A stretch of DNA of 64,000 nucleotides, taken from the NCBI GenBank assembly GCA_964394185.1, contig CAYMWM010000001.1:2233-66232 (forward strand). The letters are read 5' to 3'. Positions 9,205 through 18,926 of this stretch are shown one piece after another. The stretch's first letter is position 1, and every line of letters begins with the position of its first letter. Position numbers and translations under genes: made by a program. This stretch comes from an uncultured Smithella sp. GTDB taxonomy: Bacteria > Desulfobacterota > Syntrophia > Syntrophales > Smithellaceae. Under the pieces are notes generated by a model. The model made no database searches. It was given only the letters and a program-made list of their open reading frames with translations, and had not been told where the DNA came from.

Positions 9205-9738
9205 ATGCCTCTTTATTTTAACGCACGTCAGGTGCCGATGGCAACAAGCGCCTTCAATGATGCCGAAAAGTTGGTATCTAGCCAGTTCAGGTTAAACGAA
9301 AAAGAATTAAAAAATACAAAATATGAAGTAAAAACATTGGCTTATTTGAATGAACAGGAGATAAAAGACGGAACCTTCGCCCATCTTTGTAAATATTCTT
9401 ATACAAGGACGGAAGAAGCGGATCAAAATGGAAAGAGATTTGATTTTTACAGAATATGTTTGCAGGACAATACTATTCTGGATGCGGTGCAAAGGGCCAA
9501 TCCTTTCGTAAAACTGAACCCGTTGATGCTTTACATTGCTGTGCACGAACTGATTCATGTTTTGCGTTTCACGAGAGGCGAAATTGATTTTGAAGCGAGT
9601 ATAGAGGAAAAAGAAAAAGAGGAATTCATTGTTCATAACCTGACAAGGTCGGCGCTGCAACCGGTCAAGGGAAATGATTTGGAAATAATATTGGATTGCT
9701 TTAGCAGCAATATTAAAAATTTTGATGTATTTAATTAA
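9205..9738 (+). CDS. Hypothetical protein with HExxH-like motif
   Basis: 177-aa ORF containing AVHELIHVL. No other motif recognised. 14 nt upstream of the zinc-ribbon gene. Confidence 0.5.
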   Translation: MPLYFNARQVPMATSAFNDAEKLVSSQFRLNEKELKNTKYEVKTLAYLNEQEIKDGTFAHLCKYSYTRTEEADQNGKRFDFYRICLQDNTILDAVQRANPFVKLNPLMLYIAVHELIHVLRFTRGEIDFEASIEEKEKEEFIVHNLTRSALQPVKGNDLEIILDCFSSNIKNFDVFN

Positions 9739-9752
9739 GGAGGGGTGTTCTC

Positions 9753-10040
9753 ATGCCTATCTATGAGTATAAATGCCAGAAATGCGGTAAACAATTTGAA
9801 GCGTTCCAGGGAATTACCGACGCGGAATTGAAAAGCTGTAAGTTTTGCAAGGGCAAGGTGCAAAAAATGGTATCTCTTTCTTCTTTCAGCCTGAAAGGTT
9901 CGGGATGGTATGCGACAGATTATAAGGGAAAGAAACCCGGGTTACCGGCAAAGAAAGAAAAGAAAGAAACAAGCGAAAGTTCCACAGCTATAGAGACTGC
10001 AAAAACCGAATCTGCCAAAACCGGCAGCGACGATAAATAA
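9753..10040 (+). CDS. FmdB-family CxxC-CxxC zinc-ribbon protein
   Basis: MPIYEYKCQKCGKQFE...CKFCKG, typical of the family. GGAGG upstream. Confidence 0.75.
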   Translation: MPIYEYKCQKCGKQFEAFQGITDAELKSCKFCKGKVQKMVSLSSFSLKGSGWYATDYKGKKPGLPAKKEKKETSESSTAIETAKTESAKTGSDDK

Positions 10041-10114
10041 AGAGCTTCAGGCCTTAAACGCAAAGCGCACAGAAGTTTTCCGGTCGAATTATTCAAGAAA
10101 AAAATTGTCGTGAT

Positions 10115-10151
10115 AAAAACAAACCACCGTCATCACAGGTGGTTTGTTTTT
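10115..10151. terminator. Bidirectional intrinsic terminator between convergent genes
   Basis: AAAAACAAACCACC - 9-nt loop - GGTGGTTTGTTTTT, with A-run and T-run flanks. Confidence 0.6.
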
Positions 10152-11250
10152 ATTTAATATCAGGTGCCGACGATGGTTCATACTCCACTCTATCCCTGCC
10201 GTTTGCCTTGGCCCGGTATAGCGCTGTGTCAGCTCTGTTGATCGCCTGTTGAATAATTTCGCTTTGCTTAAATTCCGTCACACCGACGGATATTGTCATT
10301 CTGAAATCATCCGGCATGTTTTGATACTCGATTTTCCTGATCAATTTTCTCATTCTTTCAGCGCAAAGAACCGCCTGATCTTTTTCGACGTTGGTCAGGA
10401 TAAGAATAAATTCCTCGCCGCCATATCTCGCAATGTGATCGATGTTGCGGAGGTTTTTCTGGGTTTCCTGAGCTATTGTTTTGAGTACAATGTCGCCTGC
10501 GGAATGACCGTACGTATCATTGACCTGTTTGAAATGATCCAGGTCAAATATGCAAATGGAAAAGGGATGAACCCCTCTGTCCACGAGAGCTTTCTGATGT
10601 TCCAGAATTTTATACATCTGGCGCCGATTGAATACCTGTGTCAGGTCATCAATGATGGCAAGCTTTTCAATGGTTGCCAGAGCGTAGGATATCTGCGCTC
10701 TGAGCCTGGTAATGTATCCTCCTACCAGAGAGAACCAGGGAAGCACCATCGCCAGGATGACGATGTTCAGTATGTCCACCTTACTTACTAAATTCGGATC
10801 AATTTTATAAAGCAGAAGAATAACAAGGGAGTAATTGACAATCGCAAACGCCGACAGAAAAAGAAACTGCCAGACATTTAATCGGAAAAGTCCGAAAATA
10901 AAAACAACCAGATAGGTTAACAGGACAAGGCTTCTCATGGCGTCGGCGTAAAACGCTATAACCATAACCCAGAATGTGGCCATAATCATTTGTAGCAGAG
11001 TCATACTGGGATCTTTAAGCTTCTTGTTAAAACCGCTTCTGATTAGAGCATATATAAGACCATTGCATAAGATAATGCCGATAGAACTCACAACAAGCGT
11101 ATTGACGGTTCCTCTTGACATTTGTCCCTGGGAATAAAACAGGATGCAGATAGATAACCACATCATATAAGAACCCAATGCCATAAAAAAGCGTTTAAGC
11201 CTTAATGCTTGATTGGGATCATCTTTAGGAAATATACTGAACATGGGCAT
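10150..11250 (-). CDS. Membrane-anchored diguanylate cyclase (GGDEF)
   Basis: Five to six N-terminal TM helices, then a GGDEF domain with RYGGEEF. Confidence 0.85.
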   Translation of the reverse strand: MPMFSIFPKDDPNQALRLKRFFMALGSYMMWLSICILFYSQGQMSRGTVNTLVVSSIGIILCNGLIYALIRSGFNKKLKDPSMTLLQMIMATFWVMVIAFYADAMRSLVLLTYLVVFIFGLFRLNVWQFLFLSAFAIVNYSLVILLLYKIDPNLVSKVDILNIVILAMVLPWFSLVGGYITRLRAQISYALATIEKLAIIDDLTQVFNRRQMYKILEHQKALVDRGVHPFSICIFDLDHFKQVNDTYGHSAGDIVLKTIAQETQKNLRNIDHIARYGGEEFILILTNVEKDQAVLCAERMRKLIRKIEYQNMPDDFRMTISVGVTEFKQSEIIQQAINRADTALYRAKANGRDRVEYEPSSAPDIK

Positions 11251-11381
11251 GTCACCCTCCGATTATTCTATCTGAAAATGACTTTGTTTAAAAATATAAT
11301 ATGTAAAACTTCTTGATGTCAAGTATTGAAAACGCTGCTGAGATATTAACCTTTTGAAGTCATGTAAATATTTTCAATCGT

Positions 11382-12425
11382 TTATGAAACATTTTTAAAA
11401 TAAGGTTGCAGGTCAACGCATAATTCTTCCGGAACAGTCGGGCAAATTATTTCATTATGCAGTTTTTCAAAATAATTTAAATCGCTGGTTCCCAGAGGAT
11501 AACTCACAAAGCGGGGAACGATTTTCCCCTGCACCCAGAAATAATTATTGTTGGTCATAGCGGCGTAAAACGACATATTAAAACTGATAAAGTTACTGGT
11601 ATAAAGATAGCTGAATACGCGGGAAAGTCCTGTTAGAAAATCGTTGAAATTGGATTCAGTCAAATCAAAAAATGAAGTCTTTTCCCGGAAAATAAAATCA
11701 ATTTCGCCGGCCATGCCCTTCGGCGCAAAACTGGTAAGCCAGCAGACGGGACCGGTAGAGGCGATAAACCTTTTATCCGCCTTCTTTTCCAGTGCGATTA
11801 AATTATTCCACAGGTTATCGCCGTTGGAAAGTGAAGCGTAATTCTGCGCACCGGACAATAGTTTTTGCATGAAACTGGTCGGTCTGTGGCCTGCAATCGT
11901 CTGCAAATGCGGATGAATCATTCCGCCGCCCGCCGGCGGCATATAGTTCCAGTTAATCGAACAATATTTATAACCGAGATTCATTTCGACCATGCGATGA
12001 AAATAGTCACGGCAGATGGCAAAACCGTCACGCATGAATTCTGGAGTCAATTCATTGATCGGAACAAAATGGCGGAATGAAAAAATCGCCACGTTGTTAC
12101 TCTGATCATAGGGAAACGCGTTGGGAAAAAGACGGGCTTCTCCTCTTTTGAAATATCCTTCTTCAATAATATTGGGTGTAAACCGGGGCGTTGTTTTCTC
12201 GAAAAGATCTTCACAAAACGAGCATAATGATTCAGGAAAGTTTTCCAGATATTGATTTACATCCGGTTTCTGGGCAATGCGCATACGATAAGGCAGGATA
12301 CGGCACGCCACTCCGGTGATTTCATCAAAACGAGATTCAATGGTAATTTTCTTTTCCTGAAAACCGTTGAAGGGATCAAGATAATATCCGGTGGTGATTT
12401 CTTTTTTAAATCCCAAGTCTCTCAT
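11382..12425 (-). CDS. GalT-like HIT-superfamily nucleotidyltransferase (galactose-1-phosphate uridylyltransferase family)
   Basis: CSFCE zinc motif and the PPAGGGMIHPHLQ HxHxQ motif. Confidence 0.6.
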   Translation of the reverse strand: MRDLGFKKEITTGYYLDPFNGFQEKKITIESRFDEITGVACRILPYRMRIAQKPDVNQYLENFPESLCSFCEDLFEKTTPRFTPNIIEEGYFKRGEARLFPNAFPYDQSNNVAIFSFRHFVPINELTPEFMRDGFAICRDYFHRMVEMNLGYKYCSINWNYMPPAGGGMIHPHLQTIAGHRPTSFMQKLLSGAQNYASLSNGDNLWNNLIALEKKADKRFIASTGPVCWLTSFAPKGMAGEIDFIFREKTSFFDLTESNFNDFLTGLSRVFSYLYTSNFISFNMSFYAAMTNNNYFWVQGKIVPRFVSYPLGTSDLNYFEKLHNEIICPTVPEELCVDLQPYFKNVS

Positions 12426-12452
12426 AATATTCCTTTCCCGTAGGATAACTTA

Positions 12453-13496
12453 TTAAACAACTTCGGCAGCATGTCTCGGTGCTCTTCTCAAACTTCTGAT
12501 AAGAAACTGTTCCATGTTTTTTTGAGTTAATTCTCCTTCCAGATTTTTTTTCAATACATCCAGAGGAATTTCCATGCGCGCGGCGCTTCTGTGTCCCCCG
12601 CCCTTGCCGATTGCTCCAAACGCTCTTTGCGCAATCTCGCCGCAGTTCTGCCGGTAGCCATCGCCGCGAAATATAATGATAAGCTTATTTCCGGCAATTC
12701 CCGCCACAACAACATAATAAGTGCCGATTAAATGCAGATAAAAATCGGCAATCTGTACACAGACATCAGCACTCTCCACGCTTCCCAGAAAGCAAACTCG
12801 TCTGCCGCGAAAATTTTTCATGTTATGAAAACAGGAGTTAAAGTATTTCAAAAAACGGCCGGGAGTCTGATTAAGTTCGATACGGCGGATCAGCTGCATA
12901 TTGGCGTATTTGGTGTGATAGGAATAGGCTTTGATATCATCGTCAAGTGTGGCGCGGTCAAAATTATCAGTATCCGTCTTAATTCCATAAAGAAGAGCCG
13001 TGTGCAGGTTACGGGGAATTTTGATGCGGGAACATAGCAAATATTCCGTCAGGACGGTGGACAACGCGCCGTAATGGGGACGGACGTCTTCCAGAGGCGC
13101 CGACCATTTGCCCTGGCGCGGATGATGATCCAAAACAATCTGCGGCTTTAAATAACTTAAGGCTTTGCCGAAGAAGGAAGGCTGGGCGTCTAGAAGCGCA
13201 ATCAAACGGTATGCATGAATATCGACCTGACTGATTAAAGGAATATAAAGATGGAGGGATGAAACAAATTCAATGTTTTGCTGACGGATTAAAGGTTCTG
13301 TGGAAACAAAAACGCTTTTTGAGAGACCTTTTCTTTTTCGGATAATCTCGCGCAGAGCCAGAGCCGAAGCAATGGCATCGGGATCGGGGCTTCCATACAT
13401 CAGCAGCAGTAAAGAATCATCAGGCCGGGCGATGTCCATCAGCCTTTGAAAATTCTGATAGGTCTCTTTTCTGATTGCAATAGATTCTGAATTCAT
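12453..13496 (-). CDS. DHH/DHHA1 phosphoesterase (NrnA-like)
   Basis: GSPDPDAIASA, VLDHHP and GKGGGHRSAA motifs. Confidence 0.75.
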   Translation of the reverse strand: MNSESIAIRKETYQNFQRLMDIARPDDSLLLLMYGSPDPDAIASALALREIIRKRKGLSKSVFVSTEPLIRQQNIEFVSSLHLYIPLISQVDIHAYRLIALLDAQPSFFGKALSYLKPQIVLDHHPRQGKWSAPLEDVRPHYGALSTVLTEYLLCSRIKIPRNLHTALLYGIKTDTDNFDRATLDDDIKAYSYHTKYANMQLIRRIELNQTPGRFLKYFNSCFHNMKNFRGRRVCFLGSVESADVCVQIADFYLHLIGTYYVVVAGIAGNKLIIIFRGDGYRQNCGEIAQRAFGAIGKGGGHRSAARMEIPLDVLKKNLEGELTQKNMEQFLIRSLRRAPRHAAEVV

Positions 13497-13532
13497 GGTT
13501 TCGGCGTTAACGAAACCGCCCGCGATATCTCC

Positions 13533-14585
13533 TTAGTAAACTATAATTTTACCGGCATGATCCCCAACGACTTCTCCGATAATCGTGGCGGCAGCAATTT
13601 CGGAGGTACGCATCTTTTCGACGAGATTTTGCGCCTTATCGCCGGGCAAACTGAAAAACAAACCTCCGGCTGTTTGCGGATCGAAGAGAACATCAAAAAG
13701 CCATTCCGGGCAAGTTTCTTCCCTGGTGACTTTTTTGATGCGGAAATTCCTGTTGCGGTAAAGTCCGCCGGGAACAAAACCGGTTTCCATCAATTCCCGC
13801 ACCCCTTCAAAAACGGGCACAGCTCTTGAATTGATCCGCAGGCCGACATTACTGTTCTCTACCATTTCAAAGGCGTGTCCTATCAGACCAAAACCCGTTA
13901 TATCGGTGCAGGCGTGAATATCACCTGCCTCAATCATGATCTCTGATGCTTTCTTATTCAAAGCGGTCATTGCGTCAATGGCCTGCTTCATTTGTCCGGG
14001 AGATGATTCGCCGGCTTTAATGGCGGTACTGATAATACCTGTACCCAGAGGTTTTGTTAATATGATTTTATCTCCCGCTCTTGCGCCGCGGTTAAACAAT
14101 ACTTTATCGGGATGAATTATACCCGTCACGGAAAGCCCGTATTTTATTTCGTTATCCTCAACGCTGTGTCCGCCGATGAGTAAAGCGCTGGCTTCGCGCA
14201 TTTTATTCAGGCCGCCCTGCAAAACTTCCCGCAAAACCGAAATATCCATAGTTTTGATGGGAAAGCAGACGATATTCATTGCGGTCAGAGGTTTCGCGCC
14301 CATGGCGTAAATATCATTGAGCGCGTTGACGGCGGCAATCTGACCGAAGGTAAAGGGATCATCGACTGTGGGCGTAAAAAAATCGACCGTTTGAACCAGG
14401 GCGAGATCATCGGAAAGTTTATACACTCCCGCGTCTTCCGCGTGTTCGAATCCGGTTAGCAAATTCGGATCCTGAATCAGCGGCAAATCACGCATAATTT
14501 CAGAAAGGTCACCCGGACCTATCTTGCAGGCTCAACCCGCACTTTGCACTGTTTGCGTTAAGCGAACGACTTTTCTTTCTTCCAT
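13533..14585 (-). CDS. selD: Selenide, water dikinase containing selenocysteine (UGA codon 18)
   Basis: The track ORF (13533-14495) lacks the catalytic N-terminus. Extending in frame gives MEERKVVRLTQTVQSAG-U-ACKIGPGDLSEI, with TGA at 14534-14532 aligned to Cys17 of E. coli SelD (GAGCGCKISP). Confidence 0.9.
14502..14524 (-). promoter_or_regulatory. SECIS-like hairpin downstream of the selD UGA
   Basis: mRNA AGAUAGGUC-CGGGU-GACCUUUCU (core AGGUC/GACCU at 14506-14520), starting about 8-11 nt 3' of the UGA. Confidence 0.55.
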
Positions 14586-14798
14586 TTATTCCTCTGTTAA
14601 TCTTTGAAAATGAGGCCCTCTAAACAAGGAGATATATTAATAAGTATAGGAAGAACAGGGCTATAAGTCAATAACGAATACAAATCTTAAAGCAAGTAAG
14701 GGGATTTGATTCAATCATTTTTTCATAATGTGGTATTGAAGAAAAAACGAATTTGATTTAGTATCTACCATTATATTTTAACGTGATAAGTTTCAGGA

Positions 14799-15008
14799 TT
14801 GGATACCGATAAAAAATTATTTTTAGGAGTGGTATCGAAAATGGGTATAAAAAAGAAAATAAACAAGGCAATGTTTAAGATAATTACCAAAACGCTTCCC
14901 TTGATTCAATACTGGCCATTTAAGTACTTTGCTCCTGTTATCAGTAAACTGGCAAACTGGTATATAGAAAAGAAATTCCCGACACCCAAAGGGCAAACAC
15001 CGTCATAA
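14799..15008 (+). CDS. Small hypothetical protein (weak call)
   Basis: 69-aa AT-rich ORF in an otherwise empty intergenic region. No motif recognised. Confidence 0.2.
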   Translation: MDTDKKLFLGVVSKMGIKKKINKAMFKIITKTLPLIQYWPFKYFAPVISKLANWYIEKKFPTPKGQTPS

Positions 15009-15013
15009 GCCCG

Positions 15014-16240
15014 CTACGAGCTTGATTGATCATACCGCTTGAGTTCAAAAAGCTTTTTGTCCTGCGTGGAGACAATGTGATAAAAGCGGTCCTGCGGAAC
15101 GTAGATATAGGGAACGTCATCTTCCCGTCGGTACAGGAAATGAGAGAGGATCATCCGGTTGACGGCCTGATGCCCGACGATCATAATATTATTCGCGCGC
15201 CTGTTTAAAAAAAACGCTTTTTTGATTCCCTGTGTTATCCGGTGTTTCATCGTTTCATAACTATCGCCTTCCGGATAAACATAATGGTACTTGTCCGCGC
15301 CTCTTTTTGTAAAAACGTGAGGCAGTTTTTTTTCGATGTCCTCATACGTCATGTTTTCACAGATGCCCGCGTTGATTTCATCAAATTCCTTGAGCGGAAT
15401 GATCCGGCAATCTTTCTGCATTTTACTGATAGCGCTGGCCGTCGCTATCGTTCTTATTTTGTTGCTGGTAAAAATATAGGATATTTTCTTATGCTTAAAG
15501 AAGTTTCCCAATGCAGCCGCCTGCTTGCGGCCTTTGGGGGTAAGAGACGAGTCGCCGCCTATCCGGTTGGCGACGTTGTATTCCGTTTGAGTGTGCCGGA
15601 TGAGAAAAAGGTTTTTGACTTCATCGGTTACCAGATAGTCCCGTAACCGGTCATAATAAGTAATCGCATCACTGTGCTTTTCCCCGATAATCATGTTCTG
15701 CAAAGAATCGATGCGGATGTAATTTCTTTCTACCTTTAATGGCGAGTAGATCATCCTGTAGTAATCGATTCTTTTCAAAAACTCGCCGGTTGCCTTATTT
15801 TTTAAATGAGCGAATTCCGGCAGCCGTATCTTCTCCTGAATGCTCATTTGCAGGATATCTTCATCATCATTGACGCACTCAATGAAAATAAGCGGATGGT
15901 CATTGAAGGTTTTTTCGATGATTGACCGCCGCTCCCTCTCCGCGTTGGTCGCGTCCAGAATGGCGATCTCCCCGCTGTTATGTAAATAGTTTCTGGCCCT
16001 TTCCATATTCAGAAGGGCGATTCTTTTTCTTAAAGCCACGGCAGCCGTATTTTCCGGAGAATAAAATTCAGAACGGGATGATTCTTCCAGTGATAAATAA
16101 CGCCTGCGCAAATTTCCATTGTTGAATATCCGGGTTGAAAAGCCGTCCTTCCGGAATGAATCTCTGAGACGTTCAGCCAGCGTTGACTTTCCCCGCGCCG
16201 GAAGTCCCACCAAAACGATATATAATTTCTGATCGCTCAT
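15014..16240 (-). CDS. Bifunctional 6-phosphofructo-2-kinase / fructose-2,6-bisphosphatase-like protein
   Basis: N-terminal VLVGLPARGKST P-loop as in PFK-2. C-terminal LIRHTQTEYN...IGGDSSLTPKGRKQA histidine-phosphatase motif as in FBPase-2. Confidence 0.8.
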   Translation of the reverse strand: MSDQKLYIVLVGLPARGKSTLAERLRDSFRKDGFSTRIFNNGNLRRRYLSLEESSRSEFYSPENTAAVALRKRIALLNMERARNYLHNSGEIAILDATNAERERRSIIEKTFNDHPLIFIECVNDDEDILQMSIQEKIRLPEFAHLKNKATGEFLKRIDYYRMIYSPLKVERNYIRIDSLQNMIIGEKHSDAITYYDRLRDYLVTDEVKNLFLIRHTQTEYNVANRIGGDSSLTPKGRKQAAALGNFFKHKKISYIFTSNKIRTIATASAISKMQKDCRIIPLKEFDEINAGICENMTYEDIEKKLPHVFTKRGADKYHYVYPEGDSYETMKHRITQGIKKAFFLNRRANNIMIVGHQAVNRMILSHFLYRREDDVPYIYVPQDRFYHIVSTQDKKLFELKRYDQSSS

Positions 16241-16263
16241 ATCTCATCGCTCCGTCACTTTAT

Positions 16264-17307
16264 TTAGTTGGAGATAGGAACGCCAAAGCTCATAAATTTG
16301 ATTTTAAATCCATGCTTGGCGGCCAATGCTTTAATCTGGTTTACCTTGTTCAAATCCGGTTTAAAACCGGTGGAGAAATCCTCCTGTGTCTTTCCTTCAA
16401 ATGCCAGAATCATGGTTTCCGCCATGCAGGCAAAAATAAAACCGTCTTTGATGGGCAGTTTTAATCCGATTCTGGCTGTCGGGGGAGGCTCGATGACGGC
16501 GCCGTCGATTACAAGAATATCCTTACGGCTTTTGCAGAGGTCTTCACTGATATTGCGCGGAGAAGGAATATCGCAGATGATAGCCCCTTTTTTGAGGTTG
16601 CTGGCTGTCAAGGCGGAAGGCACTTCAATGGCTGAGGTTGTAAAAATTATAATGTCCGCGTCCTTGACGATAGTTTCCAGATCCAATCCCTTGTCTATGA
16701 CTTTCGTTGCCGATTTTTGAGAATCAAGGAATTCCTTTAGTTCGCTGAGTCTTTGCGCATTTTTTCCAAGCAGATAAATGGTATCCGCCCTGTATAAAAA
16801 TCCTAAAGCGCAGTTCTGACCAATGGCGTTCGTCGCTCCCACAATTGCGATTTTTGCTTTGCTGAGGTCGACTTTGCGCATATTTACAGCGTGCTCCAAT
16901 GTTTCCAAAATCGCCGCAGCCGCAAGGCTGGAACCGGTTGTGACGGAGACAGAAGACCTTTCGGCAATCCACTGCCCTCCTCCTCCGGTGATTCCCATTA
17001 ATGCTCCCAGGCCGATAATTTTTGCCCCGGAGCGTTCGCCGATTCGTACCGCCTGCAATATCTTATTTAAAACAACTTCTTCTTTCATCGCCAGCACCTG
17101 TTTGGAAAGCAGCGGACATGCAATGAAGCATCCGTCAATAGTAACGCCTTGAGCGGATTGCAGGTTTTTTTGACGATAAATTTTAAAAGGCGGCAGCCAT
17201 CGCGTAAACATTTTAATAACAACCGGCAGCGATAATCTTGATATAAAAAGATAATCGTGAATATTCCTGATGCTGAAGGGATTAAGCACAAATGCGAATT
17301 TACTCAT
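16264..17307 (-). CDS. Acyl-ACP reductase (cyanobacterial AAR)-like NAD(P)-dependent dehydrogenase
   Basis: Start moved to ATG 17307 (MSKFAFVLNP). IAIVGATNAIG Rossmann motif and IFACMAETMILAFEG, which resembles the Cys-containing AAR motif FACFAEAMLLEFEG. Confidence 0.6.
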   Translation of the reverse strand: MSKFAFVLNPFSIRNIHDYLFISRLSLPVVIKMFTRWLPPFKIYRQKNLQSAQGVTIDGCFIACPLLSKQVLAMKEEVVLNKILQAVRIGERSGAKIIGLGALMGITGGGGQWIAERSSVSVTTGSSLAAAAILETLEHAVNMRKVDLSKAKIAIVGATNAIGQNCALGFLYRADTIYLLGKNAQRLSELKEFLDSQKSATKVIDKGLDLETIVKDADIIIFTTSAIEVPSALTASNLKKGAIICDIPSPRNISEDLCKSRKDILVIDGAVIEPPPTARIGLKLPIKDGFIFACMAETMILAFEGKTQEDFSTGFKPDLNKVNQIKALAAKHGFKIKFMSFGVPISN

Positions 17308-17414
17308 AAAACACAGCTCCGTTATTACCCTCATTCGGTAAGAAATCATTTTAGCAAAGAATGTATAAGAGGAACTGTATTTTATGTCAATACGTATATA
17401 CTGCGTCTTCAAAG

Positions 17415-17446
17415 AATAAAAAAACGGGCAGTAAGCCCGTTTTTTA
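17415..17446 (-). terminator. Intrinsic terminator after the MFS transporter gene
   Basis: A-run, CGGGC-agtaa-GCCCG, T-run. 20 nt beyond the stop at 17466. Confidence 0.6.
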
Positions 17447-17465
17447 TTCTCTTTTATATGAGTAT

Positions 17466-18701
17466 CTAGCTCTTTACAGGCGGTTTCAGCAACACAGCCG
17501 CCATAACCAGTCCGACGGCAGCCAGCACCGCAGTCGGGTAGAACGCGAAGGTATAGGTTCCAAAAACATCCTTGGCCTGACCGGAAATAATGCCGCCGAT
17601 AATCGCGCCCAGTCCATAGGCAAAAAATACGACACCGTAATTACGCGCGTAATTCGCTATGCCGAAGAATGTAGCGGTTGATGTAGGCGCTATGGCCAGC
17701 CAGCCGCCAAGGCACATCCAGAATCCGACAAAGCTTATCACGTAAAGATTGGTGTCACCTTCTTTGGCAAAGATCATGATAATAGAAACAGTTAGAATGA
17801 TCGCCAGATTCAACATGGCTGCGTAGCGGGGTGTGATTTTATCAGTCAGATAACCGAAAATCGGGCGTCCTAAAGCGTTGAAGCAGGCAAAAACCCCCAC
17901 CAGTGTAGCCGCGGTTTCGCCTGTTATTTTGATGATTTCGTTGCCCACCGGTTTGGATATGCCAATGGCCATTAATCCGGCTATGGATCCGATAAGGAAA
18001 CAAAAAAACAGTCCCCAGTACGTTCCAGTCTTAACCATTTCACCCGGTGTAAGATTGGCAGCAGCACCGGTACCGGCAGCCGGTTTCCAGCCTTTGGGAG
18101 TCCAGCCGGCAGCAGGAAATTTTAAAGGCAAACTCAGGATAAAAAGGATAATCCCGAACGCTATTCCGAAATACATGAAGGTTGTGGACAATCCAACAGA
18201 TGGTATCATGGCATTGGCGATTTTTCCCGTAATCAGCGCGGAGCCGCCGAAACCGGCGACGATCAAACCGACAGCCAAACCTTTTTTATCCGGGAACCAT
18301 TTCGCGCCTACGGCAATCGGACAACCATAGGCAAGGCCGACACCGGAGCCGGCAATAACGCCGTAAGTAAGAACCAGCATCCAGATATTGGTGGCGAAGC
18401 TGGAAAGAAGCCATCCCAATCCCACAATAATACCGCCAACGATCGCGATATTACGGGGACCCAGCTTTTCCATCAAGCGTCCGCCAAAAAACATGAGGAT
18501 GGAAAAGAAAGCCAGAAAAACCATAAAGGGGAGAATCGATAAGAACGCGGAAGAATTAAAAGCTTGCTTTACCGGCCCCAGAAAAATGCTGTAGGCATAC
18601 ACCGCACCAAGGCAAACGTTCATAACCAATCCCAGCACAACGTACAACCATCTGCCGCTTTCCAACGGCATACCAAACAATTTTGCGTTGTCAGTCATCA
18701 A
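17466..18701 (-). CDS. MFS transporter (oxalate/formate antiporter-like family)
   Basis: 411 aa, 12 predicted TM helices, typical OFA-like N-terminus. Confidence 0.8.
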   Translation of the reverse strand: MMTDNAKLFGMPLESGRWLYVVLGLVMNVCLGAVYAYSIFLGPVKQAFNSSAFLSILPFMVFLAFFSILMFFGGRLMEKLGPRNIAIVGGIIVGLGWLLSSFATNIWMLVLTYGVIAGSGVGLAYGCPIAVGAKWFPDKKGLAVGLIVAGFGGSALITGKIANAMIPSVGLSTTFMYFGIAFGIILFILSLPLKFPAAGWTPKGWKPAAGTGAAANLTPGEMVKTGTYWGLFFCFLIGSIAGLMAIGISKPVGNEIIKITGETAATLVGVFACFNALGRPIFGYLTDKITPRYAAMLNLAIILTVSIIMIFAKEGDTNLYVISFVGFWMCLGGWLAIAPTSTATFFGIANYARNYGVVFFAYGLGAIIGGIISGQAKDVFGTYTFAFYPTAVLAAVGLVMAAVLLKPPVKS

Positions 18702-18926
18702 AAACCTCCTCGGAAAATTAATATTAAATTTAAACTGAAATTTTAAAGCGCTGGGGTCAAGTCTATAAAGATAAAAGCTTTATCTGTCAAGGGAATATTG
18801 TCGCAGCCTGGGGGGTGACCAACGGCCTATCATTGCAGGCAATTTTCTTTTAAATTGATTTTTTTGCGTAAATAAGTTTATTGTAAAAAAAATTTAAAGG
18901 GGTTTTGAAAAACCCCGACATTATAA

